A DNA stretch of 64,000 bases from positions 8,099,888 through 8,163,887 of the forward strand of contig NC_092676.1 of assembly GCF_964355755.1 (NCBI RefSeq). The letters run 5' to 3'. Shown here in pieces: positions 47,601 to 60,116 of the stretch. The position numbers and the translations under genes were made by a program. The stretch comes from Antedon mediterranea. Taxonomy: Eukaryota > Animalia > Echinodermata. The notes under the pieces are model-generated. The model did not search any database, was not told the DNA's origin, and was given only the letters and a program-made list of their open reading frames with translations. Every line of letters begins with the position of its first letter. The first letter of the stretch is position 1.

Positions 47601-50600
47601 GAGAAGATTCACAAAAAAGAAAATAAACAGACTAATAATTATGATAAAAATATATATAAATATAAACATATTTATTACAAAAATAGGAGCATTAAAGTGG
47701 GAAAATGTTGAAACACTCCGACAGTGTCTAGCCATAACAGATTTTTGTGGTCAGATGTTGAGTTTCGGATTTCAATGGGTAGTGCATTTAGCATGAACGG
47801 TTTTTTTTTATAGAAAACTGAAGAACTGAACTGAAGAAAAGGAAACATGTTATTTCTGCTCCTTAAAACATTTCTTAAAAGCCCTTTCAAAAGAGGGACT
47901 GAGCTGACTGGGACCAACTCTGATTCCACCCAGGCACCACCTCTGAATCCACACAGACACCACCTCTGAATCCACCCAAGCACCACCTCTGAATCCACCC
48001 AGACACCACCTCCGAACCCACCCAGGTATTACCTCTGAATTCACCCAGGCACCACCTCTGCATCCACCCAGGCACCACCTCTGAATCCACCCAGGCACCA
48101 CCCCTGAATCCACCCAGGCACCACCTATGAATCCACCCAGGCACCACCTATGAATCCACCCAGGCACCACTTCTGAATCCACCCAGGCACCACCTCTGAA
48201 TCCACCCAGGCACCACCTCTGAATCCACCCAGGCACCACTTTTGAATCCACCCAGGCACCACCTCTGAATCCACCCAGGCACCACCCCTGAATCCACCCA
48301 GGCACCACCTCTGAATCCACCCAATTTCTTTTATTTTATTGTTTTGAATAGAAATTAAAAGAATATGGGACGTTTTGTAACTTGGAAAAAGAGCTGATTT
48401 TGGGACAGGGGTGTTGGTGTGGTCTTGGGGTGCTTCCTCGCTTGATTCATCTGGACAGTTTTGGCAGATTCTATATTTAGGAGTTGACCGACAGCACAAA
48501 AACTGTAGTGTATCGCAAATCAAAAGCTCTCTACTATGTCTAGTTTTGAGAAAGTAGACAGCATAGCTTATAATGTAGTAGCATTTCACCCAGGGCAATA
48601 GACAAAAATTGAATAACAATGATATTATTTATAGCTATATAACTGATACACCTAAATTCTTCAGCCTTTCCTATCGGCTCTCTACTTTCATCCAATATAG
48701 ACATTAATGATATTCAATTTATTTATTGCATTCCACGTTGAATAGCTTAAAGCACTTAACATTTTCTCTGGCCCTGTCATTCAACCTTACGTAATGTGTG
48801 GCTATTACAGTCAGTTGGGAGTATCTACACTTTATGCATAATACTCTAATGAATAGTTTATCTTCATTGTGATGTGTTCATCCAACATTTATAGGCTCCA
48901 CTAGGGTACAATATCTGTCACCATTTTAAGATAAACATTTAAATGCTTGTACTGGAAATTATTATAGTGTTTAATTGTCCTGAGAGCTGTACACAATTCT
49001 TACATAAAGGTCTTTAAAGATAGTATCTTAAGCTGGAATTTTTTATTTAATTTTAACATTTTTTCCAATGATAAAAAATATAGAAAAGCCCAAAAAATAT
49101 GAAATCACATTACTTGCACTCAATCCCATTATAGCTTCATTATGATCTGCAAAGGGATCGTTGTATTATTAACTTTTTTTGCTAATAAAATTAGAAATTT
49201 ATTTTAACAAATATTTTAAACGATTCAATTTTTAAAGTTTACTTGGAAAGAAATCTGTTGAAATTGAAGCTTCCACCTGACTGGGAAAAAGAATGTAGAA
49301 AAGAAAATAAATTTAATCATGTCATTTAATTTTTTTTATATAAGGGCTTTACCTAATTTATTTGCAATTATTTTGGTTTTATGTTTAAAATTATATTTTT
49401 ATATTAAATAATAATAATATTGTTTGGACATCACCTTTTTTATCTCATGAGATTTTTCATTTTATCAACCGTAAAACGAAATGTTGTCTTTTCAGAATAA
49501 AAATAAATAAATTACAATAAATTTTAATCTGTAAAAATTTGTAAAAGTAAAATTACTTGATTTACGATATATTCTGTTGTTGTTATTCTTATTTGCAGGT
49601 TGTTCCAAGCAATTTGTCAAGTTCAGTTATGAGTGAGCTGACCCCAGGAGGCCTGTTAATGGCATCCAGCGCACAGAAACCATTGCATTGTATGTTACTA
49701 TTATTGAAAAATTGTTTTACTTATTTTTGCCGGATGACCTCGTTTCATTCTATGGTATTTTTTTTTATTGAAAAACTCAAATAACGGCTTATTGTAACAG
49801 TACCCTTGATTAAGATTTATGTGAGGGCGTGTGGCGCAGTGTGTTGGATGCTGGATTACTGATCGTGAGATTTTGGTTCGAATCCAACTCTCGCCGCATT
49901 GCTTGTATCCATGACACTTTACTTACATTTGCCTTTATCTACCCAGGTGTATTAAATGGGTACCCGGTTAGATCAGGACACAACTTTGCGCTGATTACTA
50001 ACTGCATTGTGGGAGTATGTTTCCAAATGTGTTTGATCCTTAAAATTACCAGGGTAATAATGTGTTATGTAAAGCGCTTTTGAGTATGATTATTCATAGA
50101 AAGGGCTCTATAGAAATGTGGTATTATAATTATTATGTAGCTATTAACAAAAATTAATTTTTAGCTCTCTACACTCAAGACATCCAACGAGAGATGAAAC
50201 GTCTGTACACCAGCCTCTCAGAGCTTCTACGACACTTCTGGGCTTGTTTCCCGGTTACCAATAAAACGTTAGAAGACCGGCTATGCCGCATGAAAGCCAA
50301 TTTGGAACAATTCAAAGAGAAAAAATTAAAACCGTTTAAAATAGATTTGGCAAGACAACATATTGGTGGAAACGTAAGTGGTTTCCGATGCCATGCGGCT
50401 TTTCGTTTTGTTCCTGTGGTTTTAGTAATCCCAAAGGGAAACATCTACTTTGTGTGTTATTTGGTTGAACATTCTGTTTTATTGCCATTCAAATTTTTCT
50501 ATAAATGTAACGCCTCAAAATATCAGTTATTGCTGTGGCTCTTTTGTAATAATGTGATTTCACCAATTACTGAAACATATTCGGAATTTTGAATCCTTTC

Positions 50601-51279
50601 TATTTATACCTTTTTTACATTATTTAAATAATGATATAGGAAAAGTATAAAAGCCAATACATGAAGGAGACACCATTAGGACACAAAAAAGTGTTCCTTT
50701 AATAGAGGTGTCCCCTGAATATGTGTTGGTATTAGTGTACATATATTTTCTCTCGTTCATGTTATTGGACAGTTTCTCTTGAAATTAAGGGGAGGGATCA
50801 ATGGAAGGGTCATATTGTATATGAAAATATGTAATTATGTAAAATGTAATTTATTAAGCTCTGTCTACACTATCAAACTTTATGTGACAAAAAAATGTGA
50901 TGTGCCCATATATGGACCTGATGATGTCATATCACTACCATATTTAAGTATATCACTACCATATTTTGGGCACATCACATTTTTTTGTCAAAAAAGTTTG
51001 ATAGTGTAAACAGAGCTTTAGACAGTATTATAAGAAAATTAAATGAAACATAATGTAAACTTTTAGTAGGCTTATTAAACTCAAAATAAGAAAAAAAAAT
51101 GGTAACTAAAATAAACTAATATATAATTTAAATTTTGTTTTTTAATGTTTAATTTCTAATAAAAATATTTTTATGTTTCTTTATAGCTTACTCTACATTT
51201 AGATGCTTTATTGGAAAGGGCGTTTAGCAAGTTTAATTTGTGGCAAGCTAAAAAAATGTCTGGCGGAATGAGAAGGTGA
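41635..51279 (+). CDS. GTF2H1: General transcription factor IIH subunit 1 (p62), 550 aa, 11 coding exons
   Basis: join(41635..41785,42288..42489,42869..42965,43342..43489,45266..45415,45627..45706,46113..46219,47114..47438,49599..49689,50165..50373,51187..51279), 1653 nt in frame; PH-like [11 protein letters not shown]...[17 protein letters not shown] domains (LYKDLVV...AEEFW; IFKTYPAV...[16 protein letters not shown]), [19 protein letters not shown]. Confidence 0.97.
42519..42734. mobile_element. MITE family A copy with expanded internal ~21-bp subrepeat
   Basis: TTA TSD; (ATATGTCCAAATATGGCAGTG)-type unit repeated about five times. Confidence 0.85.
43090..43277 (+). mobile_element. SINE with Deu-like core and alternative 3' tail
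   Basis: GGATAAGGAC..TATAAACCGTAGGTCCAGTGTACAC...CCCCGGTGT, tail CTGGGACCTCTGAGAG...CTGAAGAGG..ACCCAGTATAAA, then (TAA)n. Confidence 0.7.
43605..44178. repeat. Minisatellite, ~9 units of 62-66 bp
   Basis: Unit TTCTAACACTACG(variable)CTATTCAGGGGACACCCCTATATGTGTCAACA(C/A)TACACCT. Confidence 0.95.
44250..45203. mobile_element. Composite repeat with an internal tRNA-like segment and a terminal ~200-bp palindrome (Crypton-like non-autonomous element?)
   Basis: Hairpin at 45002-45203; duplicated ACGATGATATTGACTGTGTAATTTTCG at 44352 and 44424; A/B-box-like segment on the minus strand at ~44490-44562. Confidence 0.45.
46501..46701 (-). mobile_element. SINE with Deu-like core, alternative tail, (ATCA)n end
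   Basis: Reverse complement of the 43090 type. Confidence 0.7.
47510..49010 (-). mobile_element. Highly decayed CR1/L2-like LINE 3' portion interrupted by a minisatellite
   Basis: Minus-strand remnants [13 protein letters not shown] and [11 protein letters not shown] in ORF2 order, with many stops and frameshifts. Confidence 0.45.
47918..48323. repeat. Minisatellite, ~17.5 x 23 bp
   Basis: Unit GAATCCACCCAGGCACCACCTCT; explains the 23-aa periodic ORFs on the minus strand. Confidence 0.97.
49823..50135 (+). mobile_element. tRNA-derived SINE, near full length
   Basis: A box TGGCGCAGTGTG, B box GGTTCGAATCC, central CCCAGGTGTATTAAATGGGTACC, L2-type tail TGTAAAGCGCTTTTGAG, (TAT)n end. Confidence 0.75.
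50857..51017. mobile_element. MITE family A copy
   Basis: Both TIRs; TTA TSD. Confidence 0.88.
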
Positions 51280-51916
51280 CCCCCTGCTCCTAAAAATATC
51301 AGGAAAATTCACAGGAAACTCAAATGCAATAATGTACCATAGATATGTGTTGGAAAAATACAGGAAAGTTATAAATTAATAAAAACTGTTTCTTTGCTTA
51401 GTTCAAACTAGGTTTGGGTTCCACAGAGGACGGACTGTAATGGGTTTATATTCGTAAGCAAATAAAAAGGTCATAAAACGTCATTATTTGAGGAAAGAGG
51501 TTATCTTTAATTATAGATATATGTTTGTATTGGGATGCATTTGTCAACATGTCGTGTTCTGAAAGAGAATTATTTTGTATCTTTTTTTTGGTTAAATCCA
51601 AATTACAATTGATTTCTGTATACTACATAGCTAAAACCATTACAGCTGGTCCTACTAACTGAGTCTATCATGAAATAGAATTATTATTTCTCACAGCCTT
51701 AATTTTCTTAGATATCTGATCACATTGTATTACCATAAGCAGGGTTGAAGTTGATTTGTATGTAGACACTACAGTGTATAATGATACTTGTAAAATAAAG
51801 TATTTTATTTCTCATTTTAGTTTTTAATTACAATCACTAATGTATTGTACTGTAGTTTTTTGTTCTATATACGAACGTATTGTGTTTTCATTATTACCAA
51901 CACTTTCAACGAGTTA

Positions 51917-52284
51917 AGGCCAATTTACACAAACGAGAGGTAACGGTAAAGCGTGGTTCCCACTAGCGACGCAACACAAGGACGTAACGCAACGCAAGTG
52001 AATTGACCAATCACAAGCGATGGCTTATTCGCTTGTGATTGCTAACGGTCTATAACTTCGCTTGTCATTGGTTAAAACGCTTGCGTTGCGTTTACGTCCT
52101 TGCGTTACGTTCTAGTGGGAACCAAGCTTTAGCGGAAAACCGCGTAGCTGTTCCCGCGTAGAATCGGTAACTATCCTGAGCGGAAACCGCCCGTCCGCTC
52201 CGCGTTGGGTGTAAATGGTCATAAGGAATAACATTTGATTCTATATTTGTATTGCCGTTACCGCTCGTCTGTGTAAATTGGCCT
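51917..52284. mobile_element. MITE family C with a nested family B insertion (51950..52128)
   Basis: Outer TIR AGGCCAATTTACACA(A/G)ACGAG.GGTAACGG with TTA TSD; inner 179-bp family B element; uninterrupted family C copy at 63024..63210. Confidence 0.88.
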
Positions 52285-52432
52285 TTAGCTCTCTACCCGG
52301 ATTTGAAAGATGCCCAAACCTTAATTACTACAATAACTCCATAATATCAACCAAGATACATATAAATAAAACAAGTAAACGGCCAACTGTTTGCAATATG
52401 ACACGTTTCAGTGGAACTAATCGTAAAAGCGC

Positions 52433-52757
52433 ATAGTTTCCGATAATGGAAACAAAAGTGTTGAATTCTGTACAGGTATAGTTTCCGATAATGGAAGCAA
52501 AAGTTTCACTGAGTGTTGAATTCTGTACAGGTATAGTTTCCGATAATGGAAGCAAAGGTTTCACTGAGTGTTGAATTCTGTACAGGAATAGTTTCCGATA
52601 ATGGAAGCAAGGTTTCACTGAGTGTTGAATTCTGTACAGGTATAGTTTCCGATAATGGAAGCAAAGGTTTCACCGAGTGTTGAATTCTGTACAGGTATAG
52701 TTTCCGATAATGGAAGCAAAGGTTTCACCGAGTGTTGAATGCTGTACAGGTATAGTA
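52433..52757. repeat. Minisatellite, ~6 x 55 bp
   Basis: Unit ATAGTTTCCGATAATGGAAGCAAAGGTTTCACTGAGTGTTGAATTCTGTACAGGT; first unit shortened. Confidence 0.95.
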
Positions 52758-53842
52758 TTCTAAAGTGTAGGCGGAACAGCAAGCAGGTGAACGTTATACA
52801 ATCAGTTGATTACGTTGACGTCACATCGATGTTGACGAAAGTGACGCTCTTTATAAAGTGATAAAATACACAAGTATTATGATGTAAGTGTGACAATGTC
52901 GTTATATACACATAGTATTTACATTAAGTATTAATTCATTCTGTTACGTCGTTAATTGAGTTATTACTGCCCTAATCAAGTAATTTCATCACTGGGCACT
53001 TCACATTTATGAATAGTTTATTTTCGAATTATATTCTCTTATATTATTTGTTCTTGTCTTATTTTTAAGATATCCCTTTGGGCGTATTGTAATTAATTGA
53101 TGTCTTAATAGCTGGTAATCCGTTTAAAGGACACGAATAGCACATAGTGTAGGCCTATACAAACTCTTACAACGAGGCCCGTACAGAAGGTCTTGCGATT
53201 TAAGCTACGGTAACAACTAAAATGCATGCCATCGGATTTAAACCAGAAATTTAAAGCTTTTGTCCATAATGGTTCACTCCATCAAATCGCAAATAATAAT
53301 GTAGGCCTAAGCATCGATTTGTTTTGAAATATATTCCTATTTTTTTTGAATTTTTCATATTTTTTCATTCTAACAATGTTATTGACGGTATTCAGTTACT
53401 GATGTCATACATATATTTACAACTGTCCTGCTCTCCGGAGTATTTCATTTGACGTTTACCTTTTTAAGTGACGAAAATTTTTTTTTTTCAAACTTTTATT
53501 AGTGACTATAATTTGGTAGTATTGAAACTATTAACCAATCAGAGACGTTACATTTCTGGCCAATCACAGGAAAGTATACATACATTTAAATGTAACGCCA
53601 ACACATTTGGAAAAAGTAATAAAATCTGCCTTTTGTAAAGGCGTGGGATGGTGTTGTTGCAACTTTGCTGGTCATAAGTACTACTTAGCGGCAAATTTGG
53701 AAAAAGAGTTCCAAAAACAACGTGCTTTATCCCATTATAGAATAAAATCTTTAAAATGTTCTTTTTAATGTTGGACCGTAATTGCACCAAATATAATAGT
53801 ATACACAGCTTAGTAGTAATTTCAACATTAAATGATTTCAGG

Positions 53843-54492
53843 AACCCGAACCGATACTCGGAGCAACCCGAAGCGATACTCGGAGCAACCCGAATCGATA
53901 CTCGAGGTGACCTGAATTGACACTAGGATCGACCTAAACTGATACTCGTAGCGACCAGAAGCGATTGAGTTTGATACTCGAGGTTACCTGAAACTCGGGT
54001 GACCTGAATGGAAACTCATATCGACCTTACCCGATACTCGTGGCGACCTGAACTGATACTCGTAGTGACTTTGAATCGATACTCGAGTTGTCCTGAATCG
54101 ATACCCGGCTGACCTAACTCGATACTCGGAGAGCGACCTGAATCGAGACTCGTGTCAACCTAACTCGATACTCGGGGGGACCTGAATGTGTAGCTCGGAG
54201 CGTCCAGTAGCGATACTCAGGGCGGCCTGACCCGATATTCTGTGCGGCCTGAACAGATACTCGGGGTGACCCGATTCGATACTCGGGGTGACCTGAACCG
54301 ATACTCGTAGCGATCCAAGCTGACCTTAATCGATACTCGGGTGACCAGAAGCGATACTCAGAACTGCTGACCGATACCCGGGGCGACCCTGAACAGATAC
54401 TCGTAGTGACTTTGAGTCGATACTCGAGGTTTCCTGAATCGATACCCGGCTGACCTAAATCGAAACTCGGGTCGACCTGAAAACGGTACTAG
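53843..54492. repeat. Degenerate ~22-bp tandem array
   Basis: Recurrent CGATACTCG-N(4-5)-GACCTGAA(T/C) over ~650 bp. Confidence 0.88.
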
Positions 54493-57400
54493 GTTTGACT
54501 CTCTTTTTTGGTAGAGTTTTTCTTAGTTCGTTTCAAAGTTCTTGTGAAGTTTTCCCTTTGTCTATAACAATATTGCATATTAGTGGAAAAATAGAAAACA
54601 ACGTACTATAAAATTACACAGTGCTGTTGAATGCATATTTTATACGTTTATGTGATAATAAAATGAATATATTTTTTATGAATCATAATTCTGTTGATCT
54701 TCAAAAGGTCATTTTAAATTTATTTACCATAATTCTATTTTATTTGTAAGACAGTTGTTATTCATTTGGTGATACTTAAACGATCCAATAAAATCTTTTT
54801 TTTTTGTAATGTTTCGACTCGTTTTCTGTATAGCAAAAGTAATTTTAATCTAATCTTCCTTATTGAGGAAGATTTCTTTGTAAAAATTGCAATAATGCAT
54901 CTCGTTATATTCGTCCATGATGGAATTGTTTACGTGTATGTAAAATAAAATGATATTTTCGAAGGTCTTTAGTGTATAAAATAAAACTATACATCTCAAT
55001 GCATTTGGTTATCCTTTTGTAAATAATTAGAAATGGAATATGGAAATAGATGAGTCATGCTCATTAGATTCTTGAAAATGGTCATATACAGTAAATCGAA
55101 ACATGAATTATTAATAATGTCCTTTCTTTCCTTTTCTTTCTTTCTTTCTTCTTTCTTTCCTTCCTTCCTAGGAACAGGGACTAGGACATTTATTATATAC
55201 ATAGACCCTTGGGGCGAATACAACAATATTAATAATAATTAATAAAATTACAATAAGCCTATTTTTGTCTCTTAATTTGGACCATTGTTTTGGTATCTTA
55301 AGTCCAACTATGATTTTACAAATGCGCTATTTTAGAAAATCATATTATTTGTTATTAATACGTTTGATTCATCATCAATAATTACTATTATCTTTAGAAC
55401 AATGATCACACAGTACAATCCATCTTTGTTCAGGAAATAAATATGTCCACAACTTCTCGTATTATAGATTTATAAGTTAAGACACCTTACTTGATTGAAC
55501 CATTTTTTTTTATAATGCTTTGTCTTCTGACGTAAGTCGGCAAATTGCAAAGTGTTGCTATTTACTTTCGCACGAAATTGTCTGCGTCATACTCAATTTT
55601 TGATAACTTAAACACAAAGCACTCAATCTGAACTGCTTATATGCAAAAGCATCGAAATGGTGATTTTGTGGTCAGATTATTTCATTGTTTTTCGTAAATA
55701 TTTTCTTACTATAAACTATAATTAAACTTAAAATGAATTGAATTTATTTTAAACAATTGATCCAATTTGAATCAAATTGAAACTATTCGATCTAATAATA
55801 AAATGAACCGATATTCCAATTAATATACCAAAATAAAACATCATACAGATCCAATATATTGGCTCCATCTAAATTTACAAAATTTTTATCGCGCATAATA
55901 ATATTATACTTCTAAATCTTTCGCGCTGATGTTAACCACTTAAATGCAGTCCAGTTTGCCAAGGAAGTGTGAAATTCTCTTCCCTGAGGTGACAGGGAAG
56001 ACTTAAAACGAATTTAGACTAAGCCTTTTTCCCAGGGAGTTAATAATTGCCGAATTGATATGGTACTGTACACACTTTCAGTAGCTTTTCATGCTGAACA
56101 ATAACCCACCTAAATTTAACAACTTCGCTAAAAATAAATTAAAGGATGTTAGTATTTAAAAAGAAAAAATCTCACAATACAGTACTTTTTCACTCACTTC
56201 AGTTAGGCAGTAGGGTGACGTCATTATGATTTACTGTATCTCCACATAACATGAGTTTTCCAATACTGTATCATAGCAACACATATATTTATATATGTAT
56301 TATAATGGCGCCTGGTGGTAAGGTTAATGGTAGATTATCGGCTTATGAATATCATGGACTAAATACTATTTTTAGTCCATGGAACAGTATAGTAATAGAC
56401 CACTCAAAGATACATGACCAATAATTGGCTACACCTTTTCCCGGTTAATCATCATCATCATCATCATCATCATTAAAACAAAAACATCAAATACATTGCA
56501 CCATGAGTGACAATGAGTCAACGGCTCTTTAAAGAATTAGAAAACATTAAACGCCGTTTAGCGTATAGCTGCAACGTTGCCGTAAATTAGTTTCTAACGA
56601 CTGGTGACAATAGTGTAATTGAAATTTAAGAAAATACAAAATGAAAATCCAATCATCTTTCTTCGGATTAACCAGCTGAGTTTGCAGTCACCTGGTGAAC
56701 AATCAATACACGATAAAAGGAAGCTGTTATAACGACAATAATTAGCATTGATGCCCACGTTTATCGCGCGCAAGTTATCAAAAATGTATTATGAACGGCT
56801 GCGATCGAGGGAAGAAATAGGAATATTCTGTTACACGGAGAAAATATAATATATAAACTGTCTCCCAAACTATCAATATCAAATGAAGAACGGAAAAAAC
56901 ACGCACAAAATAAAATAGCAATGAAGAAAATTATTTCATACAATAATGTTAGTAGCGCACCGCAAGTATTTTTGACCAATCAACTCACTTACGTCGTTTC
57001 GTTGCGTCCAAGTTTAAACAGACGAAATAATGAAAACAACCTATGGAAAGCGTAAGTAAATTAATCATAACTTGGCGTAGATATGCTCAAATGATCATAA
57101 TGAATTCGTCTCCGCCGCGCCGCCACTAATGTAACCTAATAACGTTGGCGCAACGTAAGTGCGACGACCAATCACAAGCGACAGTTGGATTGTCCATCGC
57201 GCGTCGTGAGATCAAATTACTTGCGGTGCATTGGCGTTGCGTCTACTACTACTAGGACGTGCGTCAGATTGTTTTGTTTTGTCACACAGCACTGATTATT
57301 TGTAGACATGCGCAAATGTTCGTATGTTTTCGCCGTGCGTTGACTATCGAAAAGTCTCCGCCGCGTCACCCGTGTGATGACCTAACAAGATCTTCACAAA

Positions 57401-57773
57401 CACGCAGGTGTGAAATGATCGAATCCTCCTCTTTCCTCCTCCGATCAATCTGTTGGCAGCTGCTTATTAAGACGTATAATATTAATATCATTAATATATC
57501 CATGTTTCAGGAAATATCTTAGATTTATAGCTTAATACTGTAAATGCGTATTATTATTATACCGTGGAGCTAATTCAGTACAATTTAATATAATGAATGT
57601 AATTCACCGTTATAAAAGTAAAAATAATTTTTCATATCAACAGTGAGTTTACTGGATCATGGTATTTTCAAATTAAGTATAATCTTTGGAAGAAAAGGAA
57701 TGCTTCATTATGATGAAAATTTAGACCGATTATAATTACCTATGCGATTTGTAGAGCTACGGTAGCTATTTAA

Positions 57774-57936
57774 AGCGTGGTTCCCACAAAGACGCAACGC
57801 AAAGACGTACGCGCAACGCAAGCGAGTTGACCAATGACAAGCCACTGTTCAAATAATCCATCGATTGTGATTGGTCAAATCACTTACGTTGCAATACGTC
57901 CGTGCATTGCGTCGCGTCGCTAGTGAGAACCAAGTT
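57774..57936. mobile_element. MITE family B-related diverged copy
   Basis: AGCGTGGTTCCCAC...GTGAGAACCAAGTT with TAA flanks; further decayed relatives at ~11401-11550 and ~57140-57250. Confidence 0.75.
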
Positions 57937-59899
57937 TAAGTTGTGTTCATACGTACTATAGGCATTGGACGGATTAGAATCATATCAGAGTTACTCCGAC
58001 ACGGAAGTGCTTGCTTTATCGTTTATCTCTTTTATTTTTCCGTGTCGTTAATTTAGATATAACTCCGCATCTGTATGAATCAGACGCAGCATATGTTAAA
58101 CCAACAAGAAAAAGAACGTTGGCATGGCGTAGGCCTACGCGTTTAAGTTCTGACAATTACGTATGCGTCAACTTTACGTCACGTCGTAATTGAAATTAAT
58201 GGCGACGATGCGTCGGCAAATCAACAACTTACAGTACTAACACATTTAATCATCAAATCAAAGGTTGTTAAACATGTGTAGAAAATGTTTGAATGTTGTA
58301 TAATTCTCTTCAAGACATAATAAGGAAAGATAATAACAAAATGACATTAACTGTTTTATTTATCTGTCTGCGCTGCCAATTGATTTTGATAAATTAACTT
58401 GTAAGCTAACTTCTTTAGAAAGCAAAGTAACTCGCGGCTCACTGATACAGACCTCACGTAAACGCTGCGCCATCGACGTATTATATACTTGTATCTTGTC
58501 ACCTGTATAAATGATGGGCTTTCTAAAATAGACATGAATATAGAATTGGGATTGTTCGTCGCTTCCTAGCCCCTTGGCGGTGTTGCTGAACGACTAGGCT
58601 CTCAAAGAGAGGAGCAAACAGGAACTGTACTTATAGATATGGGTCAACGAGGAAACAATTCAACACTTTAAATTGCTTATATTATGACAGGTATTTTAAA
58701 GACTAGTATTTTATATTATTGCTTAATACAAACCAGGTGCTGGCTTAACGTACACGTACGTCGTACATCGCATGCGTGGGCACTTGTGTGCTAATCGTCT
58801 TTTTAAATGTATAATATATCAACACAAAAGTTTCTTGCCTTGAGAGAATGTTTGTTTTTTTTCAGTTAAGGACATACTTGGGTGCCGCTTCCCCCCCCCC
58901 CCCCCCCAAGCTTGCGCATTCTGATCTTCATTTTTGAAGATTAACATAGCGTATTTTTTCATTATTAGATCCTGTGTGACGTTTGTTGATGAGAATTGTT
59001 TTAATAGAAGACTGGATTCCTCGCCAGATTTCTAATAATCAGTTTAATGTCAGATAAAGAAAACAACTGATCAATCAACTTATTAATCGATTTGTATTGT
59101 TAACCAACCAACTGATTGGTAGATAATTAATCAATCAATCAATCGATTGAATTATTGTTTGATTACCACAACTAAAACGCACCAAAGTCGGACAGCAATG
59201 TATTTCCTACAAAGGAACACATATTTGGAATAATTTAACAGATTATATAAAACAATCCCCCACTCTAAGTTTGTTTAAACAGAGATTAAAGCAACATTAT
59301 AACAATAGAAATATTTAGGTTAAGTAAATCACATTATGTTATTTTGGGTTGTTCTTTTCTTGTTTGTACAAAATAATGTTTCATCTGTTTTGTTAGGGTT
59401 ATATGCTTAAAGCACTTGTGCTTATTTTGTATCCCATTCCATTATCATATTATTTGTATTGTATTTGTATATGTTTTTATATTGATTATAGAATAAAAAT
59501 GTCGATGATTGATTGATTACTAGGGATCTAATATTCGTGTAGAGACTCGCGAGTGAACGTTGTAAGTCGAGTTATTTTTTCAACAATAATTTCGTTTACT
59601 TCGTTTGTCGGTCGCGAGTGGTCCTCGCTACATAAAATGATGGGTCGATTGGTTGATAACAATAATAACCTTAAATACAATGACATGGTAGCAGTACTAT
59701 TTACGAGTCCTAACTTTCTTAGTTAGTGTCAAACTTACTTTAATTCACAACAAAATTGATTTTTTGACACATTATTGTATATAATCATATTGGTCAATTT
59801 CACAGAATTATTAAGACAAACGTAATCAGTTGACGTATTCAAACATTAAAACGGTTGATACCACAATTATCGAAAAATAGCTTGCAGCCAGCCTGTATG

Positions 59900-60116
59900 A
59901 TTTCCTCTATTAAAGATATCACACCACCGCCGCAGAGAGCACCGCTGCTCATCGTATTGATGATGATAATGATGATTCATACTGCGCATGTGCACCTGTG
60001 GTGTAATAAAAGCAATGCTCATTTGCTACCTGCAGTCACTGGTGGAATCTTTTAACCAAACTGAACATCTTTTATTTGGATTCAACTTTTTCATATTTCT
60101 ATACATTCATTATTAG
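59900..60116 (+). other. Possible non-coding first exon of a gene continuing beyond the window
   Basis: Non-repetitive, locally GC-richer segment ending in a consensus donor TAG|GTAAGT; no coding support. Confidence 0.3.

Noticed and set aside
47675-48619. Long Trp/Gly-rich ORFs on the minus strand
   Set aside because: They are translations of the 23-bp minisatellite; no splice or domain support.
53843-54492. CRISPR-like appearance of repeat arrays (also 43605-44178 and 52433-52757)
   Set aside because: No unique 25-45-bp spacers, no cas genes, and a eukaryotic intron-rich context.
56353-56381. Tiny CATGGACTAAA...TTTAGTCCATG hairpin as a P-like mini-element
   Set aside because: Too short and no convincing TSD.
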